DNA from: an uncultured delta proteobacterium
Lineage (GTDB): Bacteria > Desulfobacterota > Binatia > DP-6
Assembly: GCA_963815115.1 (NCBI GenBank)
Contig: CAWFFN010000009.1
Coordinates: forward strand, 960,001-1,024,000
Length of the DNA stretch: 64,000 nucleotides
Direction: 5' to 3'
Of the stretch, positions 1 to 8,885 are shown one piece after another. Made by a program: the position numbers and the translations under genes. Position 1 is the first letter of the stretch. Each line of letters begins with the position of its first letter. Below the pieces are notes generated by a model. It did not search any database, had not been told where the DNA came from, and saw nothing but the letters and a program-made list of their open reading frames with translations.

Positions 1-157
1 ACGGCGAGCAACGGCCGGGGGGGCCGTCGGGCGCTCCGGTGTGTAGCGGAGCGGCCCGCGGGGGATCAAGCGCCGCGGGACGAGCGTCGCCCGGGTCGGC
101 GGCGTCCGTCGAGCTTGTGGTCGCTCCCCGGGTGGACTACGTGGGTCTGCCCGCCCC

Positions 158-1051
158 ATGAACGTCCTCGTCACGGGAGCCTCGGGCTTCATCGGTCGCC
201 GGCTCGTCGCCCGGCTGCTGCGTGCCGGGTGCTCCGTCACCGCCTTCGTCCGCTCCGCCGGATCGCTCGCCGATCTGCGCGGCGACGGCCTCACCCTGGC
301 CTACGGCGCGGTGGAGGACCGAGGCGCCGTCGAGCGCGCCGCGGCCGGTTGCGACGTCGTCGTGCACCTCGCCGCCGCGTCCGGGGTAGTCGACGAGGCC
401 CGCGTCTTCGCCGTCAATGTCGGCGGGACCGAGAACGTCCTCGCCGCGACCCGCGCTGGCGGGGCACGGCGCATCGTCTTCACGTCGACGGTGTCCGCTG
501 CCCGCGAGCGTCTCGGTCCCTACGGGCACTCCAAGCGCCTCGCCGAGGAGCGCGTGCGGGCGGCCGGCATGCCGTTCGTCATCCTGCGGCCGTCGCTCGT
601 CTACGGCGGCCGCGAGACCGGCCTGGTCGCTGCGCTGGCGCGCTGGCTTCGTTCGCTTCCGGTCATGCCGGTCATCGGCGACGGCCGCATCGAGATCGAC
701 CCCGTGCACATCGACGATCTGTGCGGCGTGATCGAGGCATGTCTGGTTCGCGACGACGTGCTCGGGCGCACGTACGACGTCCTCGGTCCCGATCGCGTCA
801 CGCTCGACGAGTTCCTCCGCCGGCTGGGCAGCGTCCTGGGCGTACGGCGCGCGCTCGTCCATCTGCCCGCGCGTCCGTCCCTCCTCCTGGCCCGTGTGCT
901 CTCCGCCGTGATGGCTCGTCCGCCGATCACCGTGGACAACGTGCTCGGCTTGATCTCTCCGGCGCGCGTCGATCGAGACGCCGCCGCCCGCGACTTCCCG
1001 ATCGCCTGGACGCCGCTCGACGTCGGCCTGCGGGCGCTCGTCAGCCGGTGA
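158..1051 (+). CDS. NAD-dependent epimerase/dehydratase (extended/atypical SDR)
   Basis: N-terminal VLVTGASGFIG Rossmann motif, VVHLAA, YGHSK (YxxxK), LRPSLVYG. Confidence 0.9.
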   Translation: MNVLVTGASGFIGRRLVARLLRAGCSVTAFVRSAGSLADLRGDGLTLAYGAVEDRGAVERAAAGCDVVVHLAAASGVVDEARVFAVNVGGTENVLAATRAGGARRIVFTSTVSAARERLGPYGHSKRLAEERVRAAGMPFVILRPSLVYGGRETGLVAALARWLRSLPVMPVIGDGRIEIDPVHIDDLCGVIEACLVRDDVLGRTYDVLGPDRVTLDEFLRRLGSVLGVRRALVHLPARPSLLLARVLSAVMARPPITVDNVLGLISPARVDRDAAARDFPIAWTPLDVGLRALVSR

Positions 1052-1079
1052 GCCCGCGCCGCGCCTGGCTGCTGAAGCC

Positions 1080-2165
1080 ATGCTCGACCTCATAGCCGCT
1101 GCCCCGGAGCTCGAGCCCGAGGTGGGCCCGCTGCGCCCCGTGCGGGTGGCGATCGTCGGGCTCGGGCGCATGGGGCTGGTGCACGCCGCCGTGCTCTCGA
1201 TGCTGCCCGGCGTGGCGCTGGTCGGTGCCGTCGACAGTCAGCCGGGCGCGGCGCGACGGCTCCACGGCGTGGGCTTCCGCGTCCCCGTGTGGCGCACGCT
1301 CGACGAGCTGCTCTCCCGGGGGGCGGTGGACACGGTCTGGGTCTGCACGCCGCCGGATTCGCACCTGGCGGTGACGCGCCGCTGCCTCGAGGCGGGCGCC
1401 GGGGTCTTCGTCGAGAAGCCGCTCGCGCACTCGCTCGACGACGCGCGCGCGCTCGCGTCGCTGGCGGGCGGCTCCGGTCCTCCCGTCGCGTGCGGCTACA
1501 CGCTCGCCTTCTGGCCGAGCTTCGTGGCGGCGCGCCAGCTGTTGCGGGCCGGCGCGATCGGGTCACCCGCCCGGGCGACGTCGTCCATGTTCCTGTCGCA
1601 GGTGACGGGCCCGGCGCGTGGCTGGATGTACGAGCGCGCCCGGTCCGGCGGCGGGGTCGTGGCGAATCTCTCCTCGCACCTGCTCTTCCTGCTCGCGTGG
1701 TACTTCGGCGTGCCCACGGCGGTGCGCGCCACCTGGACGCAGGTGCACACGGCCGTCGAGGACGACCTGCGGGCCACGCTCGTCACCCCGGGTTGCCCCG
1801 AGGTCGCTTTCGAATCGTCGTGGTGTCTCCCCGGCTACCCGATCTCGGCGACCGCGATCACGGTCGAGGGAGCGAACGGCACGCTGCGCGCCGACAACGA
1901 CGGCGTGGAGGTGGAGCTGCGCGCCCCGTGCGCCGGCCTCGATGCCGGCCGGACGACGATGCGCGCGGCCGATCTGCCGCAGCCGGCGCGATTCTGGTTC
2001 AACGGGGAGGCCTACGCGCTCGAGGACGCGCACGTCCTGCGCTGGGCGACGGGAGGCCCGGCCCCGGTCATCACGGCTGCGGCAGCACTGGACGTGCAAC
2101 GCGTCATCGACGCGCTCTACTCGTCCGCCGCCTCGGGCGGCGACACGGTCGCGGTGCCGGCGTGA
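1080..2165 (+). CDS. Gfo/Idh/MocA family oxidoreductase
   Basis: VAIVGLGRMG, VCTPPDSH, FVEKPLA, SGGGVVANLSSH motifs. Confidence 0.9.
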   Translation: MLDLIAAAPELEPEVGPLRPVRVAIVGLGRMGLVHAAVLSMLPGVALVGAVDSQPGAARRLHGVGFRVPVWRTLDELLSRGAVDTVWVCTPPDSHLAVTRRCLEAGAGVFVEKPLAHSLDDARALASLAGGSGPPVACGYTLAFWPSFVAARQLLRAGAIGSPARATSSMFLSQVTGPARGWMYERARSGGGVVANLSSHLLFLLAWYFGVPTAVRATWTQVHTAVEDDLRATLVTPGCPEVAFESSWCLPGYPISATAITVEGANGTLRADNDGVEVELRAPCAGLDAGRTTMRAADLPQPARFWFNGEAYALEDAHVLRWATGGPAPVITAAAALDVQRVIDALYSSAASGGDTVAVPA

Positions 2166-2968
2166 GCATCCGGCGCTCGGGGCCGCCTGCTCTGCTCGTC
2201 TCGCTCGACTCCACCGACGCGAGCCGATCGCTCGACCCGCGCGACGCGCTGGATCGAGCGCGCGCGGCGCTGGACGGGGCGGCGGGCGTCGTGCTCGTGC
2301 GGCCCTCGACCGCGTCGCGTGAAGTCCTCGAGCGACTCCCGCCCGGCGTTGCGCTCGCGGCCGTCCTTCCGGACATGCCACAGCTCGCTCGCGAGGTGGC
2401 GGACCGTGGCGCGATCGCCGCAGCGCTGGGTCGTCTCCGACGCGGCGGGTTCGCCCCGTCGCTGCGGCTGGCCGACACGGTGCTCCGCAATCTCCCGGCC
2501 GTGGCACGGCAGGACTTCCGCGGCCTCGTCCCCGTGCTGATGGCGCTCGACCGAGCCGCCCTGGGCACGGCCGCGCTGCAGGCGGTCGTCCTGGCCGCGC
2601 CGCTCACCGACCTGCTGCTGGCCGCCGGCCATCGTGCCTGCCTCGCGCATGTCGTGGGCTTCGTACGGCGTCGCATGGGGACGCAGGCGGGTCTCGAGAC
2701 GCTCAACCTCGGGCATCTCCTGCCGCGCCTCGACGCCTGGGGCGTCGCGCCCGACTTCGTGATCGGTCCGGTCAACCCCCGCGGCTTCCGGATGAAACCC
2801 ACCCCCGGGTCGGTGATCGCGGCGCTGCGGGCTTCGCCGACGCCCGTGGTCGCCAGCGAGGTCACCGCGGGGGGCGCCGTCCCGCTCGCCGCCGGGCTGG
2901 ACCATGCCCGGGCCGTCGGCGCCGCCGGCGTGCTCGTGACGCTCGACGATCTCGCTCCGGCTCGCTAA
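2162..2968 (+). CDS. hypothetical protein, possibly degenerate aldo/keto-reductase-like barrel
   Basis: GTG at 2162 overlaps the upstream TGA (GTGA); only the 3' part of the 1289..2968 ORF looks protein-like (PVNPRGFRMKP). Confidence 0.65.
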   Translation: MSIRRSGPPALLVSLDSTDASRSLDPRDALDRARAALDGAAGVVLVRPSTASREVLERLPPGVALAAVLPDMPQLAREVADRGAIAAALGRLRRGGFAPSLRLADTVLRNLPAVARQDFRGLVPVLMALDRAALGTAALQAVVLAAPLTDLLLAAGHRACLAHVVGFVRRRMGTQAGLETLNLGHLLPRLDAWGVAPDFVIGPVNPRGFRMKPTPGSVIAALRASPTPVVASEVTAGGAVPLAAGLDHARAVGAAGVLVTLDDLAPAR

Positions 2969-2978
2969 GGTCCGCCCC

Positions 2979-4121
2979 ATGACCGATCTGTTCGGCAGCC
3001 CGGAGCACCAGCTCTTCCGGCGCACGGTGCGGAAGTTCGTGCAGGAGGAGCTCAAGCCGCGCGCACGAGAATTCGACGACGCCGGCCGCATCGACAAGTC
3101 GCTGTACCGCACCATGGGCGAGCTCGGCATGCTCGGCCTGCGCTACGATCCCACGTGGGGCGGCGCCGGGCTCGACTGGAGCTACACGGCGGTGCTGTTC
3201 GACGAGGTCGGACGCTGCGACAACGCCGGCGTGGCCATGGGCATCACCGTGCAGACCGACATGGCCACGCCTTCCCTCCACCAGTTCGGCACCGACGAGC
3301 TGCGGCGGCGCTACCTGGTGCCGGCGATCAAGGGCGAGATGGTGGCCGCCATCGCGGTCACCGAGCCGGACGCGGGCTCGGACGTGGCGTCCATCAAGAC
3401 GCGGGCGGTGCGCGACGGGGATCAGTGGGTGATCAACGGCAGCAAGATCTACATCACGAACGCCGCCACCGCCGACTGGCTCTGCCTGCTCGCCGTCACC
3501 GACCCGGCGGCCGGCTACGGCGGGTTCTCCCAGATCGTGGTGCCGACCGACTCGCCCGGGCTGTCCTACCAGCTCCTCGACAAGATCGGGAACTGGGGGT
3601 CGGACACGGGGCTGTTCTTCCTCGAGAACGTGCGCGTGCCGGTGGCGAACACCATCGGCGACATCGGGCGCGGATTCCAGCAGCAGATGATGCAGTTCCA
3701 GGACGAGCGCCTGGTTGCCTGCGTGAGCTCGATCGCGGGCGCAGAGGAGCTCTGGGAGGCGACGCGCCGGTACTGCGAGGAGCGCATCGTCTTCAAGAAG
3801 CCGCTCTCCAAGATGCAGGTGACGCAGTTCAAGTTCGTCGAGATGCTGACGCAGATCACGGCGGCGAAGGAGCTGACCAACCTCTGCGTCCGCAAGCGGG
3901 TCGCGGGAGAGGACGCCACCAAGGAGATCTCGATGGCGAAGCTCTTCTGCGGCCGCACGGTGCGCTTCGTCGCCGACACCTGCATCCAGCTGCACGGCGG
4001 CTTCGGCTACATGAAGGAGAGCGTCGCGGGGCGCGCCTTCGTCGACACCCGGCTCATCTCGATCGGCGGCGGCGCCGACGAGGTCATGATCCACTACCTC
4101 GCCAAGATGCTCGGATTCTGA
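2979..4121 (+). CDS. atuD: acyl-CoA dehydrogenase, citronellyl-CoA dehydrogenase (AtuD)-like
   Basis: VQTDMATP, TEPDAGSDV, NGSKIYITN, QFQDERL, QLHGGFGY, IGGGADE; other atu genes in window. Confidence 0.8.
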   Translation: MTDLFGSPEHQLFRRTVRKFVQEELKPRAREFDDAGRIDKSLYRTMGELGMLGLRYDPTWGGAGLDWSYTAVLFDEVGRCDNAGVAMGITVQTDMATPSLHQFGTDELRRRYLVPAIKGEMVAAIAVTEPDAGSDVASIKTRAVRDGDQWVINGSKIYITNAATADWLCLLAVTDPAAGYGGFSQIVVPTDSPGLSYQLLDKIGNWGSDTGLFFLENVRVPVANTIGDIGRGFQQQMMQFQDERLVACVSSIAGAEELWEATRRYCEERIVFKKPLSKMQVTQFKFVEMLTQITAAKELTNLCVRKRVAGEDATKEISMAKLFCGRTVRFVADTCIQLHGGFGYMKESVAGRAFVDTRLISIGGGADEVMIHYLAKMLGF

Positions 4122-4192
4122 CCCCATCGGCAGGTTGCAGCATGCGTATGGCCTTGCCCCCGAGGGCACGGTGCCGGTACTGATCCCCGGCG

Positions 4193-5464
4193 ATGCCTCG
4201 TCGTTTGCTCCTCGGGCTGTGCGCGGGAATCCTGCTGCTGGCGGCGCGACCGGGCAGCGCGGCGTTCATCGCGGGGGACAACCCCCGCACGATGGCCTTC
4301 GGCGGCCTCGTGCGCACCTACCGCGTGCACGTGCCGCCAGGGTACGACGGCTCGGTGCCGGTCCCGCTGGTGGTGGACATCCACGGCCTCGGCTCGAACG
4401 TCCAGGAGCAGGAGGTCGTCTCCGGCATGGCCGCGAAGTCCAACGCGACCGGCTTCATCGTCGTCTACCCCCAGGGCGTCAACGACGCCTGGAACGCCGG
4501 AACCTGCTGCGGAAACGCCGGCATCGACGACGTCGGGTTCATGCGCGCGCTGGTCGCGGCGGTGTCGGCGGAGGCCAACGTCGACGGCCGCCGCGTCTAC
4601 GCCACGGGCCTGTCGAACGGCGGTGCGATGACGCAGCGTCTCGCCTGCGATGCTGCCGATCTCTTCGCCGCCGCGGTGCCGATGTCGTTCCCGATCCCCC
4701 TGCGCCCGCTGTCGGACTGCCAGCCGATCCGGGCCATGCCGGTGCTCACGGTGATGGGGCTCACCGACGTGCTGGTCAAGTACAACGGCGGCCCCTTCGG
4801 CTCGGCGCCGACGACGTTCGCCTACTGGCGGGACGTCGACGGCTGCGGCAGCGGCGCCCCGGACCAGGTGGTGGAGCGCGGGCAGAGCCGGTGCGAGACC
4901 TACACGTCGTGCGCTCAGGGCGTGCAGGCCGGGCTGTGCAGCATCACCGCCAACTCGCTCGTCGGCACGCCCATCGAGGGCCACGTCGTCTACCTGAACA
5001 GCGACTTCGACCTCGCCGATGTCGCCTGGAACTTCCTCTCGAGCTTCACGCTGCCCGACGTCACGGCGCCGGCGGAGTCGATGCTGGCGGGACGGGACAA
5101 GACGAGGATCGATGGCAAGCGGCAGGCGCCGCTGCAGCTGCGCTGGAGCGTGCAGCTCGGCGCCGGCACCTGGGGCGGCACCACCGCGGACGGGACGGCG
5201 CTCAGCGGGAGCTGGACGCCGAAGCGGCGGAACCGCCGGGTGGGCGAGGCCGAGCTGACCTCCGATTCCCGCGCGGCGCTGTCACGCGCGCTGGCGGCAC
5301 GCATCGGCGCGAGCGCCGCCACGGTCGATCTGGAGCCGATCGGCCTGCTGCACGTCCGCAGGGACCGCGCCGGCGCGGCGACCTCGCTGCGCGGGCGCTT
5401 CCGGGTCCTGCGCGACGGGGCGGCGGTCGGCCGCTACGAGCTGCGCCTGCGGCGCGCGCGATAG
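4193..5464 (+). CDS. secreted LpqC/PHB-depolymerase-like esterase with extra C-terminal domain
   Basis: Signal peptide, PLVVDIHG, VVYPQG, WNAGTCC, DDVGF, nucleophile motif GLSNGG. Confidence 0.85.
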   Translation: MPRRLLLGLCAGILLLAARPGSAAFIAGDNPRTMAFGGLVRTYRVHVPPGYDGSVPVPLVVDIHGLGSNVQEQEVVSGMAAKSNATGFIVVYPQGVNDAWNAGTCCGNAGIDDVGFMRALVAAVSAEANVDGRRVYATGLSNGGAMTQRLACDAADLFAAAVPMSFPIPLRPLSDCQPIRAMPVLTVMGLTDVLVKYNGGPFGSAPTTFAYWRDVDGCGSGAPDQVVERGQSRCETYTSCAQGVQAGLCSITANSLVGTPIEGHVVYLNSDFDLADVAWNFLSSFTLPDVTAPAESMLAGRDKTRIDGKRQAPLQLRWSVQLGAGTWGGTTADGTALSGSWTPKRRNRRVGEAELTSDSRAALSRALAARIGASAATVDLEPIGLLHVRRDRAGAATSLRGRFRVLRDGAAVGRYELRLRRAR

Positions 5465-5481
5465 CGGCTGTCGCCCGTCGC

Positions 5482-6504
5482 TCAGGCGAGGCCGAGCGCC
5501 CGGTCCTGCGCCTCGGGGTCGGCGTCCTCGAACTGGATGATGCCGAGGCGTTCGAAGGCCTCGCGCACCCGCGGCGTCACCAGACCGAGGCGCTTGAGAT
5601 TCGGCACCACGCGCGCGAACAGCATCTGGCGGAACATCAACGCGGGCGGCGAGGCGAGGACCTGGTCCTTGACCTCGTCCCGGTCCCAGCCCATGGCCTG
5701 CGCGATCTGATCGCCCACCAGGCGGTTCCGCATCAGCTCGCAGGCGTAGATGATGAAGTCCTCGCGATCACGCAGCTCGTTCGCGGAGATGTCGGCGTAG
5801 TAGTCGGAGAGCGAGAGCACGCCGAACGCCACGTGACGGGACTCGTCCTTCATGACGTAGCGTACCAGCTCCTTCAGCAGCGGCTCCTGCGTGATCTGGA
5901 ACAGGTTGCCGAACGCCGCCATGGCGAGCCCTTCGATGATGATCTGCATGCCGAGATACTTGAAGTCCCAGCGGCTGTCGGTGATCGTCGCGTCGAGCAG
6001 CTCCTTCAGGCTCTCGTTCACCGGCCACTGCCACTCGAGCTTGTCGGTGAGGTAGCGGCTGAACACCTCGACGTGGCGCGCCTCGTCCATCGTCTGGGTG
6101 CCGGCGTAGTACTTGGCGTCGATCCACGGCACGGCGCCGACGAGCTGCGAGGCGACGATGAGCGCGCCCTGCTCGCCATGGAGGAACTGCGACAGCTGGA
6201 GCGCAATCTGGCCGTGGCGGAGATGGTCCTTCTCCTTCGCGGTGAGGCGCTCGTAGGGCGCGTAGCCGTTCAGCGGATTCAGGTGCTCGGGGAGGATGCC
6301 GTGCTCGGGATCCACGTCGGTGTCCCATTTGAGCTGCGTCGTGCCGTTCCACTGGTCGCGCTTGGCCTTCTCGTAGAGGTCGCGCAGGCCTTCCTTCACG
6401 TTGCCGTAGCGCCAGGCATAGCTGGTGTCGAAGGACGTGAGGATGGTCTCGAGCTCCTGGTCGAGATGCTCGAGCTGGTTCACCGCGGTGCCGGGGAGTG
6501 CCAT
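5482..6504 (-). CDS. ferritin-like diiron protein (AurF-like oxygenase family)
   Basis: FLHGEQGAL, DEARH, IIEGLA, DESRH: two ExxH diiron motifs. Confidence 0.8.
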   Translation of the reverse strand: MALPGTAVNQLEHLDQELETILTSFDTSYAWRYGNVKEGLRDLYEKAKRDQWNGTTQLKWDTDVDPEHGILPEHLNPLNGYAPYERLTAKEKDHLRHGQIALQLSQFLHGEQGALIVASQLVGAVPWIDAKYYAGTQTMDEARHVEVFSRYLTDKLEWQWPVNESLKELLDATITDSRWDFKYLGMQIIIEGLAMAAFGNLFQITQEPLLKELVRYVMKDESRHVAFGVLSLSDYYADISANELRDREDFIIYACELMRNRLVGDQIAQAMGWDRDEVKDQVLASPPALMFRQMLFARVVPNLKRLGLVTPRVREAFERLGIIQFEDADPEAQDRALGLA

Positions 6505-6587
6505 GAGGGGAGTCTAGAGGGGATTGCCTCGCTCAGACAAGCGCATCCGTCATTGCATGCCGTGACGCGCTCGGGCAAGAAAATCCG

Positions 6588-7256
6588 ATGGCCTCCGGGC
6601 CCCGCGCGGTGATCTTCGACGTCGACGGCGTGCTCGTCGATTCCTATCGCGCGCACCTCGAGAGCTGGGTGCTGATGGCCCGGGAGCACGGACTGTCCAT
6701 CACGGAGCAGGAGTTCGCCTCGACCTTCGGGCAGACCAGCCGCGAGATCATCGCCCGTTTCTGGGGCCCGGACCTGTCGGCCGCGGAGCGCGAGGCGCTG
6801 GACGCGCGCAAGGAGGCCATCTACCGCGATCTCATCCGCGCCCGCTTCCCGGCCATGGACGGCGCGGTCGAGCTCATCGACGCGCTCGGCGGCGCCGGAT
6901 TTCTCCTGGCCGTCGGCTCGTCCGGCCCGCCCGAGAACATCGACCTGACGCTGGAGCGGCTGGGGCGACGCGCCAGCTTTCAGGCACGGGTGACGGGGCT
7001 CGACGTCGCTCGTGGCAAGCCTGATCCCCAGGTGTTCGCCATCGCCGCGGAGCGTCTGGGTGTCACCGCCGATCGCTGCGTCGTCATCGAGGACGCGCCG
7101 GTCGGGATCGCGGCGGCCCGGGCCGCCGGGATGGCGAGCGTCGCACTGGTGGGTACGGCGTCCGCTCCGGCGCTCGCCGCCGCCGATCTGGTCGTCACCT
7201 CCCTGCGCGAGATCGCGCCCCTCGATCTGGCCGCCCTTGTCGATCGTTCCGGGTAG
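6588..7256 (+). CDS. HAD family phosphatase (beta-PGM-like)
   Basis: IFDVDGVLVDS, GKPDP, IEDAPVG. Confidence 0.92.
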   Translation: MASGPRAVIFDVDGVLVDSYRAHLESWVLMAREHGLSITEQEFASTFGQTSREIIARFWGPDLSAAEREALDARKEAIYRDLIRARFPAMDGAVELIDALGGAGFLLAVGSSGPPENIDLTLERLGRRASFQARVTGLDVARGKPDPQVFAIAAERLGVTADRCVVIEDAPVGIAAARAAGMASVALVGTASAPALAAADLVVTSLREIAPLDLAALVDRSG

Positions 7257-7299
7257 TTTCGTAGCGCTGGCGTGGGGTATATCGTTCCGCCTCGCCGTC

Positions 7300-7890
7300 A
7301 TGCCGTCCACTCCCGAATCCGCCAAGGCGCCCCTCGAGGTCTGCGTGCGTCGCATCCACCGGCGCGACCTGAATCGCACGTGGGAGTTCCTGAAGCTGTG
7401 CTTCCGCGACGTCAACCGCGAGACGGTGGAGTATCAGCGGCCGCTCTCCAAGCGCCGGTTCGTCGAGACCTACGGCGAGGAGGACGTCGACCAGCTGGTC
7501 TTCGAGGTGGAGGACCAGATCGTCGGCTACGCCGAGTGCGCCGCGGACGCCAGCGGCGACGACAGCTGGATCAACATGCGGTACTTCGAGAAGCGCGGCA
7601 TGCGGCCGCTCTTCGTCGAGGAGCTGGCCGCGCACCCGGACTATCACGGCCGCGGAGTCGGCACCTTCATGCTCGAGCAGCTCGAGCACCTCGCCCGGGT
7701 GCGCGGCTGCACGCACCTGGTGCTCGAGGTGGCGGAGAACAACGAGGACGCGCTGCGCTGGTACCGCCGGCGCAATTTCTACAAGCTCGACGCGGCGGTG
7801 TTCCTGGCGCAGAAGGTCTCGAACGAGCCCGAGCTCCTGCCGCCCCGGAAGATCGCCGCCCGCCGCCGCCGCGTGAAGGGCGCCGACTGA
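7300..7890 (+). CDS. GNAT family N-acetyltransferase
   Basis: HPDYHGRGVG acetyl-CoA motif, LEVAENNEDALRWY; start re-assigned to ATG 7300. Confidence 0.85.
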   Translation: MPSTPESAKAPLEVCVRRIHRRDLNRTWEFLKLCFRDVNRETVEYQRPLSKRRFVETYGEEDVDQLVFEVEDQIVGYAECAADASGDDSWINMRYFEKRGMRPLFVEELAAHPDYHGRGVGTFMLEQLEHLARVRGCTHLVLEVAENNEDALRWYRRRNFYKLDAAVFLAQKVSNEPELLPPRKIAARRRRVKGAD

Positions 7891-7892
7891 GG

Positions 7893-8738
7893 ATGAGCGG
7901 CGAGGCCGTCGCCCGCGACGTCGCGGCGATCCGCGAGCAGGGATTCGTGATCGTGCCCGACCTCGTGCCGCTCGCGGATCTCGAGGCCATGCGGCGCGCG
8001 CTCGCACCGCACCTCGAGCCCCGGCTGCTCGGCCGCAACGATTTCGAGGGCCATCGCACCCAGCGGGTCTATTCCCTCGTCGGCGTGGCGCCGATCTTCG
8101 CGGACCTCGTCGAGCATCCCCGCGTGCTCGCGATCTGCGACGCGTTTCTCGAGCCCAACTACCTGCTCACGGCGTCGCAGGCGATCGACATCCTCCCCGG
8201 AGAGACCCCGCAGGCGTTTCACACCGACGACCTGTTCTACAGCATCGCCCGCCCGCGCGACGCCGTCAGCGTGAGCACGATCGTCGCCGTCGACCCGTTC
8301 ACGCCCGAGAACGGCGCGACGCAGATCGTGCCGGGCAGCCATCGCTGGGCGGACGACGCGGTCGAGGGACTGCTCGACCGGATCGACTTCGAGACGGTGC
8401 CCGAGCCCGCGCGCGTGCCCGGCCCGGCGGCAGCGTTGCCGGGCGAGCTCCGGGGGCGGGTGCAGGAAGTCGTGATGCCCGCCGGCGCGGCCATCGTGTT
8501 CCTGGGAACCCTGGTCCATCGCGGCGGCGAGAATCGGAGCGACCGGCCGCGGCTCGCCCTCTCGAACCAGTACTGTCAGCCCTGGGCACGTACGCAGGAG
8601 AACTACTTCCTGTCGATCCCGCGCGAGCAGGCGCGAGCGATGTCCGCGCGGGTGCAGGAGCTGCTCGGCTACAGCGTCCACCCGCCCTTCATGGGCCATG
8701 CGAGCGGCCTGCACCCGAGGCGGGTGCTGGAGCGGTAG
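7893..8738 (+). CDS. phytanoyl-CoA dioxygenase (PhyH) family Fe/2OG oxygenase
   Basis: HTDD (HxD), FTPENGATQIVPGSH, LVHRGGEN, RLAL, QPWARTQEN. Confidence 0.88.
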   Translation: MSGEAVARDVAAIREQGFVIVPDLVPLADLEAMRRALAPHLEPRLLGRNDFEGHRTQRVYSLVGVAPIFADLVEHPRVLAICDAFLEPNYLLTASQAIDILPGETPQAFHTDDLFYSIARPRDAVSVSTIVAVDPFTPENGATQIVPGSHRWADDAVEGLLDRIDFETVPEPARVPGPAAALPGELRGRVQEVVMPAGAAIVFLGTLVHRGGENRSDRPRLALSNQYCQPWARTQENYFLSIPREQARAMSARVQELLGYSVHPPFMGHASGLHPRRVLER

Positions 8739-8885
8739 CGAGGGCCGGCGCGTCTGACCAATTGCCGTGAAGCGCAGGATATAACGATGAGCGCATCCGT
8801 TCTCGAGCGACGCGAGGGCGGGACGGGAGCGCGAGCTCCATCGACTTTGCCTTGACCCCACGCGACGGCGGGCGGTACCCCCAGA

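Noticed and set aside
3-161. Open frame ending in TGA overlapping the first ATG (possible upstream gene tail)
   Set aside because: Low-complexity translation with no motif; cannot be supported without the upstream sequence
8787-8855. 22-codon ORF in frame with the LRR gene, separated by a TGA (leader peptide or read-through)
   Set aside because: No informative residues; the TGA is part of a likely -35 TTGACC; an extension would bury the signal peptide
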